43,613 nucleotides of DNA from Chthoniobacterales bacterium (GCA_035483355.1 DATHPZ010000088.1:1-43613), one strand, 5' to 3'. Counted from the first letter of the stretch, positions 25,730 to 36,395 are shown. Notes: a model not told the origin generated them from the sequence alone. A program made the numbers and translations.

Positions 25730-28626
25730 AATTTCTTGTCAATCTGGACATAGAATACGCGACCATAGGGCACGGTGTTACTCGTATCGAAACCCTGGAA
25801 GTAGTCAGCAGAAAACGGGGGCTTCACGTCGCCAATATTGTTAATCCCGAAGGTCAATGTTGTATTGGCGAGCCACTTGCGGATGCCGTTGTTCGACCCT
25901 TCCGGTTTCGGTGAAATGGCTTTTTCACCGAGGATCCGCTTGCCATCTTTCGCATATCCGGGCTGCGGTGTTTGCGCCACCGGCGGAGTAGATTCGCCGA
26001 GCGTATAAGCGATTTGCCAATCGAGGGTGGTGAAACTCCCGATCAAGTGAACATAATTCGGAGCGTCCAATGTTACCCCTCCTAAAGTCCCCTTGAAGTT
26101 GTCGTTAATATCGTGTTCAGAATCGATATAATTCAAGGTTAATCCGGTGCGAAAGGTATCAATCCCGAATAACAGCTTGGAGTAGAACAGGCTAATGTAA
26201 CCCTTAAAGTCGGGGACTCCGAAGGAGTCCTCCTCATTGAGGACGGAGAACTTTGGCTTTCCATTGGCCTGGACACCCAAAAACTGATTGAGGGTGAAAT
26301 TATAAATGTAAGTGGCATCGGCTTCTATATCGAGTTTACCCCACGGATATTCCTTTGTGACATAACTAAACCCGAAGTCTATTCCATCCACGGCCCGGGT
26401 ACCCAGATTCTGATATGCTTCATCGACGTTGACGATAGTACCGGTTGGTCCGCGGGTGACCGCGCCTGGAATACCCAGATCAATGACCTGTTGCGCCGTC
26501 AGTTGGCCAACCAGATTTCGCAGAGTGACTTGATACCAGTCAATATAGGCGGTAAATCCGTTCGCCCACCCCCACCAACTGTGCTCCGGGTCGGTGGCCC
26601 CTGGAGTCCAGACTGCCCCGGCGTAGTAACCGTAGGAGTTCTCCGGTTTTAAATGTGGATTCCCAATGGTCCGCTGGTTCGTTCCATAAGTCGTCCCCAG
26701 CACGGGATCATTAATGGTGGTATTTCCGATGATCGGCGTGCCGAATAACTCACTCAGCGACGGGGCGACAAATCCTTCGGAGTACGAAGCTCTCAAAGTC
26801 AGGTCATCGATCGGTTTGTAACGGAAGGCAAATTTGGGCTTGGCCGCGCTGCCGAAATCTGAAAAATTGTCGTACCTTTCCGAGTAGACGAACTCCAGGA
26901 GCCGCGCTCCCGGCCACGACCATTTCCCGCCGAGAACGGGCAGCGTTATTTCTCCGTAAGCACTCTGAACAAATCGCTGAGCAGAGATTTGTTTTCCAGG
27001 GAAGCTGGCACTCCCGATATTAAAATTTGCACTGTTATTGTCGTTACTCTGGTCAAGGCTTTCACTCCGGTATTCCAGACCACCGGCGGCCGTCAAGGCC
27101 CCGCCGGGCAACTCCCAAACGGTACCACCAGCCTTGACGATCCAATCCACCAGGGTTGTCCGACTATCCAGAATCTGCTGCGTCCGAATGGCATCGTGAA
27201 ACTGCTTATTCGCATCGGAGACTAATTGGTCGTTGAACGGGTTGAAAAACTGACCGACCAAACCCGGGAGGGTCCCGTTCAACGCCTGTTGCAGTTTCAT
27301 CACATTGACGCTGTTACTGGTCACCGCGCTGCCGTCGCTTTCGCCGTAGGTGAAACTGGAGTCGATAGTCCAGTCGTGCGGTAGTTGAATAGTTAGTCCG
27401 GCGGTATTGCGGACGGTCCGGATAATCGTGTCGGTAACCCAGGGACCCAATTCAAACAAGGCATTGACCCCAGCCGGCTGGAGTGGCACCCCGAACGGGT
27501 TAAACGGATTATTGGCGGGAACGGTGATCGGGTTATTGAATGCATAGCCTTGATTAGGCGCGACACTAAGTTCTTCGTTCCGCTGAATAATAAATGAATC
27601 GTACGCCTTCAGCCACGAGGTGGCGTCGTAGTTGATATTAAAGTTCCCGCCATACCGGGTCTCCCGGGGCAACTCTTGCTGGAACTTGGTGTTGAAATTC
27701 TGGGGGATCGTCCCGTTAATGGTAAAATCGTCGGCGGTGATGTTCGAGCCGGCGGTGCCCGGTTTGACCGCAAAGATGTTGCCCGCCGCGTCAGCGAATA
27801 TTCCCTGCGGGGACCAAAAATTCGGCTGGTCACGATACTTCGGGCTATACCGGCTGTGCGCGAGAAAAGCACTGTAGCCGCGGTCGCTCGCCATAATTGG
27901 GCTCTGCGTAAAAATGTCGAAGCTGGCCACGATGCTAACCTTTGACGTCTCGCTGAAGTTCTGGTTGATCCCGCTGACGAACTGCCCGTGATTGACTCCG
28001 TAATCGCCGCGCTGACTGATCCCATAGTAATAATTCAGGTCAGTTCCTTTGTAATCAGTCTTGAGAATCAGATTGACCACGCCGGCGACCGCATCGGACC
28101 CGTAGGTGGCGCTTCCGCCATCCTTCAAGATTTCAATCCGGTTGACGGCAGCGATGGGAAAAGAGTTTAAATCGACAAAACTTTGCGGGCCGAAGACGGT
28201 CGAGACGTTGGCGAACGGGAAGGCCGGAAATCGAATTCCATCGACCAGGATCAAAGTCGCACTGATCGGAAGCGCTTTCAATCCAACGGTGGTTCCTCCA
28301 GGAGAAAAGCTGTTTCCCGCCGTGGTGATCGTCGTTAATGAACCAAGACTTTCGGTATACCTTAGCATGGCGTCAGCAACGGTTTGATCCGCCTGTTTCG
28401 AGAACAAATCCTGATCGAGGATCGTTACCGGCTGAGCTGCTTCTCCGACGCGCGGTAGGAGGGAACCGGTTACGATGACCTTCTCCAATTCTCCACCGGC
28501 TGTCGGCTCGGTCGCCGCAGCTGTGGTTACCGGGGCCTGCGCTCTCGCCCTCGTCGGAACTAAAGCCAGCGCCATCGCCGTAAAAGCAAGTGCAGCAAGG
28601 AACCAATCGGGGAAATTTCTCTGCAT
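25726..28626 (-). CDS. TonB-dependent outer-membrane receptor
   Basis: It has a signal peptide, a plug domain (VIVTGS..., IEILKDGGSATYGSDAVAGVVN) and a long beta-barrel ending in an aromatic residue (IDKKF). ATG 28626, which has AAGGAA upstream, is preferred over 28671. Confidence 0.85.
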   Translation of the reverse strand: MQRNFPDWFLAALAFTAMALALVPTRARAQAPVTTAAATEPTAGGELEKVIVTGSLLPRVGEAAQPVTILDQDLFSKQADQTVADAMLRYTESLGSLTTITTAGNSFSPGGTTVGLKALPISATLILVDGIRFPAFPFANVSTVFGPQSFVDLNSFPIAAVNRIEILKDGGSATYGSDAVAGVVNLILKTDYKGTDLNYYYGISQRGDYGVNHGQFVSGINQNFSETSKVSIVASFDIFTQSPIMASDRGYSAFLAHSRYSPKYRDQPNFWSPQGIFADAAGNIFAVKPGTAGSNITADDFTINGTIPQNFNTKFQQELPRETRYGGNFNINYDATSWLKAYDSFIIQRNEELSVAPNQGYAFNNPITVPANNPFNPFGVPLQPAGVNALFELGPWVTDTIIRTVRNTAGLTIQLPHDWTIDSSFTYGESDGSAVTSNSVNVMKLQQALNGTLPGLVGQFFNPFNDQLVSDANKQFHDAIRTQQILDSRTTLVDWIVKAGGTVWELPGGALTAAGGLEYRSESLDQSNDNNSANFNIGSASFPGKQISAQRFVQSAYGEITLPVLGGKWSWPGARLLEFVYSERYDNFSDFGSAAKPKFAFRYKPIDDLTLRASYSEGFVAPSLSELFGTPIIGNTTINDPVLGTTYGTNQRTIGNPHLKPENSYGYYAGAVWTPGATDPEHSWWGWANGFTAYIDWYQVTLRNLVGQLTAQQVIDLGIPGAVTRGPTGTIVNVDEAYQNLGTRAVDGIDFGFSYVTKEYPWGKLDIEADATYIYNFTLNQFLGVQANGKPKFSVLNEEDSFGVPDFKGYISLFYSKLLFGIDTFRTGLTLNYIDSEHDINDNFKGTLGGVTLDAPNYVHLIGSFTTLDWQIAYTLGESTPPVAQTPQPGYAKDGKRILGEKAISPKPEGSNNGIRKWLANTTLTFGINNIGDVKPPFSADYFQGFDTSNTVPYGRVFYVQIDKKF

Positions 28627-29052
28627 TTTATTCCTTGGTTTCTGCCACAAATTGAACGAAGCCTTCCGCATTGCGCTGGTCTTTGGTACGATTACGCTAC
28701 ATCGCTTACGAGCAATTTTGCGGGTATTCCGAGTACGGACATCTGTTCATGAATCTCTTGCCCATTCCACTCCTTGAAATCTTTATAAACTCAAGGGAAG
28801 CCGAGCGATACTTATCAAAGCCGGACTTCGCCCTGGTTTATGATAAAAATCACGCTTGCCTTGATCAAGTTATCACCCAAAGTATGGCAGCTTCTCAACC
28901 GCCACTACGAAACTTACGCGCCCGTCTACTGGTTGTGGGATTTTTAGTCAAGAAAAACCGGTTTTGTTTGCTCAAATTTTCCTGTCGCCGCTTTGGCGGT
29001 CCGACGAGGCCATTCGGTCTGACGATCCGCACAGGCCAGCTGCGGAGGCTTG

Positions 29053-29787
29053 CTAATGCAAGATGAATGAAACTGGGAGCGTGTATCTTCCGTTTGCCGT
29101 CGGACTAAACTTCCAGTTGGCCCTCACCCATCGCGCGGCGGCGCTGGCCAACATGGGCGGCCCGGACCCGTCCGCGTCGACGATGTTCCCCCCTTGAACC
29201 GTTATCGTCACGTGCACATCGCCCGAAATATGCATCTGAAGGGCTAGAGACGGGTAGGGCGGACGCGGACTCCGAAGCAGCAGGCCCGAACGAGGACCAC
29301 CATTTCCGGTTCCGTCAGGCGCGCCGGTCAGGCTGCCTTTGGTCAATCCAGAAGTTGCCGGAGGCCGCGAGCTCGGAGTTCCTGCAGCCTTCACTGCAGG
29401 TTGCGGGTGCAGGCGTGGGGTCGGTTTCGGATTAGGCTTCGGAGAATTCTCCGGAGTGGGCGCTGCACTAGGCGTCGGCGTGGGCGTCGCCTGAGGGACC
29501 TCGAATTCAGGCGGCTTATCCAGTGGGGGCGGGGTCGGCTCGGATTCGGGCGGCGGGGTCGGCTCAGGTTCAGGTGGAGGGGGTTCTTCCGGCGCGTTCG
29601 GCTCGCCGAGCTTTTCGAGATCATTCGTATCGTAAGCGGTCAGTTGGATCGCATCCTCTTTTTGAGGAGGCGGTTCCGGGAATTTGAACCACCAACCACA
29701 ATAAGCGCCTAACCCATTGATGACAAGCGAGAGGATGAGGAAGACGACGAACGGTGTACCTTCTCTCGATCGAAAGGATCGCTTCAT
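29053..29787 (-). CDS. tonB: TonB family energy transducer
   Basis: It has an N-terminal TM anchor, a Pro-rich spacer (PEEPPPPEPEPTPPPESEPTPPP) and a C-terminal TonB domain (PPYPSLALQMHISGDVHVTITV). Confidence 0.8.
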   Translation of the reverse strand: MKRSFRSREGTPFVVFLILSLVINGLGAYCGWWFKFPEPPPQKEDAIQLTAYDTNDLEKLGEPNAPEEPPPPEPEPTPPPESEPTPPPLDKPPEFEVPQATPTPTPSAAPTPENSPKPNPKPTPRLHPQPAVKAAGTPSSRPPATSGLTKGSLTGAPDGTGNGGPRSGLLLRSPRPPYPSLALQMHISGDVHVTITVQGGNIVDADGSGPPMLASAAARWVRANWKFSPTANGRYTLPVSFILH

Positions 29788-29824
29788 GATCGGCGATAGC
29801 GGGCGCTCCTATTCGTCACCAAAA

Positions 29825-30325
29825 CTATTGGGGTGCCGGGGTCGGTTGCAGAGCAGGACCACCAGGGTTGGCGGTGGAGTCCGCACTGGAATCGTAAGCC
29901 TTGATTTCGAGACCTACCTTCTGGATTCCAGCGGTTCGGGCTTTGTCCAGCACGAATACGACCGTCTGATAAGTCGCATCCTTGTCTGCACGAATGAAAA
30001 TCCGAACACCGTGATTGGCTTGGTAGAGCTTTTGAAATCTTGGTAAAACATCTTCCTTCGCCACCTTCTCCTTCTCGAAGTAGATGTCCAGGAGCGCATC
30101 GATGCTCACCATCATGAAATCGGGCTTATTGTTTGGTTGAGCACTTGTCGCCGTCGGAAGGTTAACGTCGATCCCTTTCATGTTAATCATCGTCAGGCTC
30201 ACCAGCATGAACGCGGCGAGCAGGAAGAACATGATGTCGATCAGGGGGATGATCTCGATCCGGGCCCGCTTAATTGGTACCGGCGAACTGCTGTGACGGC
30301 CGATTTGCATCTTGGTCAGTGACAA
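29825..30325 (-). CDS. exbD: ExbD/TolR biopolymer transport protein
   Basis: It has the motif IEIIPLIDIMFFLLAAFM and an ExbD periplasmic domain. An alternative start is at 30310. It overlaps the exbB end by 41-56 nt. Confidence 0.85.
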   Translation of the reverse strand: MSLTKMQIGRHSSSPVPIKRARIEIIPLIDIMFFLLAAFMLVSLTMINMKGIDVNLPTATSAQPNNKPDFMMVSIDALLDIYFEKEKVAKEDVLPRFQKLYQANHGVRIFIRADKDATYQTVVFVLDKARTAGIQKVGLEIKAYDSSADSTANPGGPALQPTPAPQ

Positions 30326-31028
30326 TGTTGTTGCGATTTCGCAAGGAGTTCAGCATGAGAATGACGTTGTTCGAGGCCGATTCGAGCTCGAACTGGAGAC
30401 GGGCGACTCTCGCGTTGAAAAAATTGAAGAAAATCAACGTGAAAATCGCAATTCCAAGACCGCACGCGGTCGCGATTAACGCTTCCGCGATACCGCCGCT
30501 AACTTTAGCGGGCGCCAGATCGGCATTCCCAACGAAGCTAAAAGAGCCCATGATGCCGGTGACTGTTCCGAGCAACCCCAGGAGCGGCGCCAGGGTGATC
30601 GTCGTATCCATCACTGACATAAACCGGCCGGCGCGCTGAATCTCTACTCCAGCAGCAACCTGTAAGGCGCCTTCGACAGAAGCGTGCACGTGACTCAACC
30701 CGTGCCAGACCGTTCGCACGAGCGGATCCAGGGAACCACGGGCAAGGTTGACCGCGCCGGCAACGTTCCCTTGTTCCAAGGCGGCATAGACTTTGTCCAA
30801 GGTATCCGGATCCCGGCGCGCAGTTTGAATTGTCCACCATACGATGCGCTCCAAAACGACCGCCACCGCAACGACGAGAACCGCTACGATCGGGTACATC
30901 ACCGGCCCGCCCTTGAAGAATGTTTCAAAAATCGTGTTGCCTCTGGCCCAATCCGGAATCGGGCGGCCACCGGATGCGGCAGCCTCTGCGGCCAATAAGG
31001 GAGCAAACCAAGCTAACAAAGTGACCAT
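30270..31028 (-). CDS. exbB: MotA/TolQ/ExbB proton channel protein
   Basis: 252 aa with the conserved C-terminal TM region LAPLLGLLGTVTGIMGSF...GGIAEALIATACGL. Confidence 0.85.
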   Translation of the reverse strand: MVTLLAWFAPLLAAEAAASGGRPIPDWARGNTIFETFFKGGPVMYPIVAVLVVAVAVVLERIVWWTIQTARRDPDTLDKVYAALEQGNVAGAVNLARGSLDPLVRTVWHGLSHVHASVEGALQVAAGVEIQRAGRFMSVMDTTITLAPLLGLLGTVTGIMGSFSFVGNADLAPAKVSGGIAEALIATACGLGIAIFTLIFFNFFNARVARLQFELESASNNVILMLNSLRNRNNIVTDQDANRPSQQFAGTN

Positions 31029-31376
31029 ATGATCTATTCCAACAATCCTATCCTAAGTTAATTTGCTGCTAACTGCCTGCCGCATTTGACGCCAACAACT
31101 TTGCCAGACGATTCTGAAAAGCAAGATCCTTGCCAATTGCACAAAAGAACCCTGCTTCCGGCGCGCTCACTGAACTTTTCTCGGGACGGGTTATCCGCTT
31201 GATTCGGTTCACTTAAACAGCGGTTGGCCAACTTAACCCGAAAGCGCAGCCAGTGAAAGTGGCCATTTTTTCCAAAACCAGTGCAAGGGGAGCGTCTCGG
31301 TTTAACCCGGTTTTTGCAGAGCCGAAAGGGGGACGCATTGCTAACACGTGCAGCCGCAGACCAGGACCGAAAGCGC

Positions 31377-32663
31377 CTACAACCGGGCTTCGATCTGCTC
31401 ATGCAGGTACTCAGAGAGTTTTTCTTCCGGCAATCGATCGACCACCTCATTGAGAAAACCGCGTGCGATCAGACGCTTAGCTGAAAGGTCGTCGATACCG
31501 CGACTTTTGAGGTAAAAAAGTTCCTCGGGTTCGACCTGTCCGGAGGTCGCTCCGTGCGTGCACCGCACGCCGTCCGCCAGAATTTCCAGACCCGGCATTG
31601 AGTTAGCCTCCGCGTCATCGCTCAAGAGTAAATTCCTGACCTTCTGGTACGCATCGGTTCGATGGGCACCTGGTTCAACCTTGATCAGCCCTGAGAAAAT
31701 CGTCCGCGACTGGTCGTGGAGCGCATTCTTATACAGTAGATCGCTGGTGGTATCTGGTTTCTGGTGGTCCTGCAAGGTGCGCTGGTCAAACTCCTGTTCA
31801 TCCCGCGCCACACTGATTGCCAGCATATCACTGCGTGCGCCACTGTCGGTCATCCGGCTGATACTTTCGAGACGCGAATACTTTCCCCCAAAGTTCAAGG
31901 CGAGATTCAATGCGGAGGAGTCCTTCGCAGCGACGGTGGAATTCACCTGAACCGAAACAAAATTTCTGCTCCACTCTTGAATGCTGACGTAGTTCAGCTT
32001 GGAGCCCGGTTTTAAAACGAGGTCATTAACTCCGCAGGCGAGTCCGCGATCAACCGGATTCGCCGAGACGAAATGCTCCAGCAACGTCACTCGGCTATTG
32101 TCTTCAGCGATAATCAGGGTGTGTGGGAAAACAGCTGCCCAATCACCCTGGACCACGTGAAATACCTCGAACGGGTCTGGAATTTCGACGCCGCGCGGTA
32201 TCCAAAGAAAGGTACCGGCTTGAACGACAGCCTTGTGCAATGCGGCAAATTTTACCGAACCCAGCCGCGCAGATTGAGTCATGAAATGTTCTCGCAATCG
32301 CTCGGAATGCTTGTCCAGCGCGTCGGAAAGAGTGGTGAAAATCACTCCCGCGCGCTCGAGCGCCGGGTCAAGCAATTCTGCTGTTACGAGAGCCTCGTTA
32401 GCGAAAATGATTCTCCCGGCTGGATTCGGGAATTCGCGCGGACGCGTTAAAGTCGAGGTATCGCCGGAGAAATCCGGCGCAGTAACATAACCGTCCAGAG
32501 CAAGATTCTTGACAGAGGAAAACCGCCACAGCTCATTGCCGCGAGTCGGCAACGGCTCGGCTTCAAATTCCTCCCAGGCTTTCGCCTGGAGTTCCCTGAA
32601 CCAGTCCGGGGCTGAACCCTGTCGGGGCCCGGACAGAATCGAAGAAAGTTCGGTCGATGTCAT
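31377..32663 (-). CDS. sufD: Fe-S cluster assembly protein SufD
   Basis: 428 aa with a SufB/D beta-helix C-terminal region (GAHRTDAYQKVRNLLLSD.A...P.LEI..D.V.C.HGAT). It lies immediately downstream of sufB. Confidence 0.85.
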   Translation of the reverse strand: MTSTELSSILSGPRQGSAPDWFRELQAKAWEEFEAEPLPTRGNELWRFSSVKNLALDGYVTAPDFSGDTSTLTRPREFPNPAGRIIFANEALVTAELLDPALERAGVIFTTLSDALDKHSERLREHFMTQSARLGSVKFAALHKAVVQAGTFLWIPRGVEIPDPFEVFHVVQGDWAAVFPHTLIIAEDNSRVTLLEHFVSANPVDRGLACGVNDLVLKPGSKLNYVSIQEWSRNFVSVQVNSTVAAKDSSALNLALNFGGKYSRLESISRMTDSGARSDMLAISVARDEQEFDQRTLQDHQKPDTTSDLLYKNALHDQSRTIFSGLIKVEPGAHRTDAYQKVRNLLLSDDAEANSMPGLEILADGVRCTHGATSGQVEPEELFYLKSRGIDDLSAKRLIARGFLNEVVDRLPEEKLSEYLHEQIEARL

Positions 32664-32784
32664 AATTAGACTGATCCCTGTGCCATGAAATGCGTTTTAG
32701 GCATTGGGCAACCCAAAAGGGGCATCGGCAATGATGCTTGCCGGACGTAAGGAACGGCTCCCCTCCTATTGTCGAAATCTCCCT

Positions 32785-34194
32785 CTAGCCTACAGATCCC
32801 TCCATCTCAAGATCGATGAGTCGTTTCAATTCCACGCTGTACTCCATCGGAAATTGACTTACGAGATCATTCACAAAACCATTCACCGCGAGACTCATGG
32901 CCTGCCCCTCACTGAGTCCCCGCTGTTGCATATAGAAGATCTGCTCGGCGTTGATCTGACTGACCGAAGCTTCATGCTGCGTCGAGTTGCCGGTGCCCCG
33001 AACCGTGATCGCAGGATAGGTGTCGGTGCGGCTGCTGGCATTGATGAGCAAAGCGTCGCACTCTGTATTGTTCTTGCAGCCTTTGAGATGTTTCGGCACA
33101 TGGACCAAGCCCCGGTAAGTCGCTCTTCCCTTGCCGATACTGATGCTCTTGGAGACAACGTTGCTGGTGGTTTCGTCGGCTGCGTGCACCATTTTTGCAC
33201 CAGTATCCTGATGCTGACCGTCGCCGGCCAGTGCAATGCTAATGACTTCGCCGCGGGATTTCCGTCCTTTCAACACCACGCCGGGATATTTCATGGTTAA
33301 CCTGGAGCCGATATTGCAGTCGATCCACTTGATCTCGGCTTCTTCCATCGCCAACCCGCGTTTGGTCACCAGATTGAATACGTTCGGCGCCCAGTTTTGG
33401 ACGGTAATATATTGGATCTTTGCTCCGCGCAATGCGACGAGCTCAACCACCGCAGAGTGAAGCGTTGCGGTGGTGAACTTCGGCGCCGTGCATCCCTCCA
33501 TGTACATTACTTCCGAACCCTCATCCGCGATGATCAAAGTCCGCTCAAACTGACCGAAGTTTTCCGCGTTAATCCTGAAATAGGCCTGCAACGGATGTCT
33601 CACTTTCACACCCGGCGGCACATAGATAAAACTGCCTCCGCTGAAGACCGCGCTGTTCAACGCGCTGAATTTGTTGTCCCCGGTCGGGATCACTTTGCCA
33701 AACCATTTTCGGAAGAGGTCAGGACGCTCTTTGAGGGCGTCCGTGCTCCCCATGAAGATCACGCCCTGGTCTGCGACAGCCTTCTTAATGTTGGAATAGA
33801 CCGCTTCGCTATCGAATTGCGCTTCGACACCGGCGAGAAACTTCCTTTCGCTTTCCGGAATACCCAGTCTTTCGAAAGTGCGCTTGATATCCTCAGGAAC
33901 CTCTTCCCACGTCCGCTTGGCGGCCTCGCCGGAAGCTAGATAATAGCGGATAACGTCAAAATCGATCTCTTTGAGCTCGTCTCCAGCCCAGTGAGTGGGC
34001 AGCGGTTTGCTCTTAAAAACGTTGTATGCGCTCTTGCGGAATTCGCGAAGCCACTCCGGTTCCCCCTTCACATCGACGATATAATCGATTGTTTTCTCCG
34101 TTAGACCGACACCGGCATCGCGCGTCGCCGCGACATTGTAGAAAAAGTTGCCAATATCCCGATCGATAGCTATGGAATCGCTTTGAGTGCTCAT
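32785..34194 (-). CDS. sufB: Fe-S cluster assembly protein SufB
   Basis: 469 aa, highly conserved SufB sequence ([52 protein letters not shown]...RG). Confidence 0.95.
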   Translation of the reverse strand: MSTQSDSIAIDRDIGNFFYNVAATRDAGVGLTEKTIDYIVDVKGEPEWLREFRKSAYNVFKSKPLPTHWAGDELKEIDFDVIRYYLASGEAAKRTWEEVPEDIKRTFERLGIPESERKFLAGVEAQFDSEAVYSNIKKAVADQGVIFMGSTDALKERPDLFRKWFGKVIPTGDNKFSALNSAVFSGGSFIYVPPGVKVRHPLQAYFRINAENFGQFERTLIIADEGSEVMYMEGCTAPKFTTATLHSAVVELVALRGAKIQYITVQNWAPNVFNLVTKRGLAMEEAEIKWIDCNIGSRLTMKYPGVVLKGRKSRGEVISIALAGDGQHQDTGAKMVHAADETTSNVVSKSISIGKGRATYRGLVHVPKHLKGCKNNTECDALLINASSRTDTYPAITVRGTGNSTQHEASVSQINAEQIFYMQQRGLSEGQAMSLAVNGFVNDLVSQFPMEYSVELKRLIDLEMEGSVG

Positions 34195-34216
34195 CGTTTC
34201 TTCTCCTCCATTCTTT

Positions 34217-34984
34217 TCATTTGGCGCCCACAGGCTCGCCTTTGTCCGCTTTTAGCCAGTCGTAACCTCTGGATTCGAGTTCCAGAGCCAGCTCTTTGCC
34301 GCCGCTTCGGACAATTCGCCCTTCCGACATGACATGAACAAAATCCGGTACGATGTAATTCAAAAGTCTCTGGTAGTGCGTAATCAGTAAGATCCCGATC
34401 CCAGGTCCGCGAATCGTGTTGACCCCTTTCGCAACCACTTTCAGAGCATCGATATCCAAGCCGCTATCGGTCTCATCGAGGACGGCAAACGTGGGCTCCA
34501 AGACCGCGAGCTGCAATATTTCATTTCGCTTCTTCTCACCACCCGAGAACCCTTCGTTGACCGAGCGGGCGGTGAACTCTCGGCGAATTTCCAACAGATC
34601 CATTTTCTCGTAGAGCCGATAGTAGAACTCTGTCGCATCGAGCTCCTCGCCCTCGGGCAACCGGGCCTGCAATGCGGCGCGAAGAAAATTTGCGTTGCTC
34701 ACTCCTGGAATCTCCATCGGGTACTGGAAAGCCATGAAAAGTCCTTGGCGCGAACGTTCATCCGGCTCCATTTCAAGGATACTGACTCCATCCATCAAGA
34801 TGTCGCCTCCCGTCACCTGATAATCGGGGTGTCCGGCCATCACCTTTGCCAACGTGCTTTTTCCCGAACCGTTGGGCCCCATAACGGCGTGAACCTCACC
34901 TTTGCTGAACTCCAGGCTCAGCCCTCGGATAATCTCTTTGTCGGCAATGGAAACGCGTAACTCTTGAATGACGATCGAACTCAT
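34217..34984 (-). CDS. sufC: Fe-S cluster assembly ATPase SufC
   Basis: It has Walker [11 protein letters not shown], the ABC signature [11 protein letters not shown] and Walker [12 protein letters not shown]. Confidence 0.95.
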   Translation of the reverse strand: MSSIVIQELRVSIADKEIIRGLSLEFSKGEVHAVMGPNGSGKSTLAKVMAGHPDYQVTGGDILMDGVSILEMEPDERSRQGLFMAFQYPMEIPGVSNANFLRAALQARLPEGEELDATEFYYRLYEKMDLLEIRREFTARSVNEGFSGGEKKRNEILQLAVLEPTFAVLDETDSGLDIDALKVVAKGVNTIRGPGIGILLITHYQRLLNYIVPDFVHVMSEGRIVRSGGKELALELESRGYDWLKADKGEPVGAK

Positions 34985-35478
34985 GAATGACGTTTTGAAT
35001 TTTGACTTTTAAGTTTTGAGTATTGGCCCGGCAATCCGACCGCTCCCGGTTGGTCGCCAAGGGAAACGCGTTCCGTCGAACACTTAGCGCAGAGGCCTTT
35101 CAAAGAAACTTCCGCCTGAGCGACGACAAAGCCGGGAGGCAAATTCCAGGTTCCATTGAATGGAGTCTCGACATCGGATATCGCGCCACACGATTCACAA
35201 TAAAAATGGCTATGTTCCTGCAGGTTCGCGCAATAACGCGTCGGCGCACGGTCCAAGTTCACCTGTTTCACGAGGCCCCAATCAACCAATGCTTCCAGAC
35301 AATTATAAATCGTCGCGAGCGAGATCGACGGCATATGCTTTTTCGCACGGAGAAACACCTCCGTCGCTGTCGGGTGATCCCTTTTCTGCAGTAACAACCC
35401 GAAGACTTCTTCGCGCTGTTTAGTCAGCCGAATTCCACTGGCAGCAAAGCGCTGGACAAGTTCAGGAGAAAGCTTCAC
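34981..35478 (-). CDS. Fur family transcriptional regulator, first gene of the suf operon
   Basis: It has a Fur-type wHTH ([12 protein letters not shown]...[12 protein letters not shown]) and the metal-binding motifs HSHFYCESC and CAKC. The start codon is GTG. An ATGA overlap links it to sufC. Confidence 0.8.
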   Translation of the reverse strand: MKLSPELVQRFAASGIRLTKQREEVFGLLLQKRDHPTATEVFLRAKKHMPSISLATIYNCLEALVDWGLVKQVNLDRAPTRYCANLQEHSHFYCESCGAISDVETPFNGTWNLPPGFVVAQAEVSLKGLCAKCSTERVSLGDQPGAVGLPGQYSKLKSQNSKRHS

Positions 35479-35501
35479 GGTAAAATCAACCTGACATGGC
35501 C

Positions 35502-35525
35502 GATAACGATATCAAGAATAATTCT
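35502..35525. promoter_or_regulatory. Fur-box-like hexamer array upstream of the fur-like/suf operon
   Basis: GATAAC GATATC AAGAAT AATTCT lies 24-47 nt upstream of the GTG start. These are four consecutive hexamers resembling the GATAAT unit of the classical Fur box GATAATGATAATCATTATC. Confidence 0.35.
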
Positions 35526-35584
35526 AAAAAGAAGCGTTCTGCTCCGCATTCTCATTGATTTCGGGTCAGCGCGGGGCGCTTTAT

Positions 35585-36016
35585 TTACTTGAGGAGAAGG
35601 CGCAAGAGATGCGGACCGAACAGGATTAACCCCACGACTAATGAACACAGGGATGCAATCAGCACGCCCGCGGCCGCCATATCCTTCGCATCGCGCGCCA
35701 CAGGATGGCGCTCGGGTTTAATCAGGTCAACCGTTCGCTCAAGCGCTGTATTCAACGCCTCAGCGCATAAGACCAAGGCAATGGCCGCGATCAGAACCAC
35801 CCATTCGATCGCTGAGATCCGAAAATAGCAACCAAGGCAGATTGCTCCCGCCCCTGCGACCAAATGGATCCGGAAATTCCATTGCGTCAGGCAGAGCAGC
35901 GAAAAACCCCGGGCCGCATGCGCAAAACTTTGGGCGCGGCATTTGATCCATCCAAAAAATTGATTCGATCCAGCAGCTTCTTTTAAAACGTCTTGTCTGG
36001 CGGATTCTTTGCTCAA
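35585..36016 (-). CDS. dgkA: Diacylglycerol kinase family protein (DgkA-type)
   Basis: 143 aa and three TM segments, with the conserved EALNTALE motif and DAKDMAAAGVL. Confidence 0.8.
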   Translation of the reverse strand: MSKESARQDVLKEAAGSNQFFGWIKCRAQSFAHAARGFSLLCLTQWNFRIHLVAGAGAICLGCYFRISAIEWVVLIAAIALVLCAEALNTALERTVDLIKPERHPVARDAKDMAAAGVLIASLCSLVVGLILFGPHLLRLLLK

Positions 36017-36024
36017 AACCGGTC

Positions 36025-36219
36025 TCAGGAATTCTGGGGAAAATAAGTTTTTGGAGTGCCGCTAGGAGAAGGTTTGGGAGTTGTTTGTTTTTCCTGCGTG
36101 GTCTCCGAACCCTCTTTTCCCACACCCTCATCTTCCTTCGACAATTGGCTGGCGGGATGCCGTTCACACGCGCCAACAGCGAGCGACACAGTTGCGATCA
36201 GGGCCAAATACTTCTTCAT
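36025..36219 (-). CDS. Small putative lipoprotein
   Basis: MKKYLALIATVSLAVGAC fits a lipobox signal peptide and is followed by a low-complexity Ser/Thr/Pro/Glu region. I recognise no family. Confidence 0.5.
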   Translation of the reverse strand: MKKYLALIATVSLAVGACERHPASQLSKEDEGVGKEGSETTQEKQTTPKPSPSGTPKTYFPQNS

Positions 36220-36395
36220 CAAGTTTCGCAATTTGAGCACACAAAGGACACAAAGGAAAGACTCACCCAAAGATCCAGATTCTTATTTTTCTTCCGAGGG
36301 CTTTGAAACTCGCCCTTGCGACGGAGGAAAGCGAACCAACCCCGGTTTCCTCGGTTCTCAAGAAGCAAACCCGGTAGCCTACGCCGGTGCACTCT

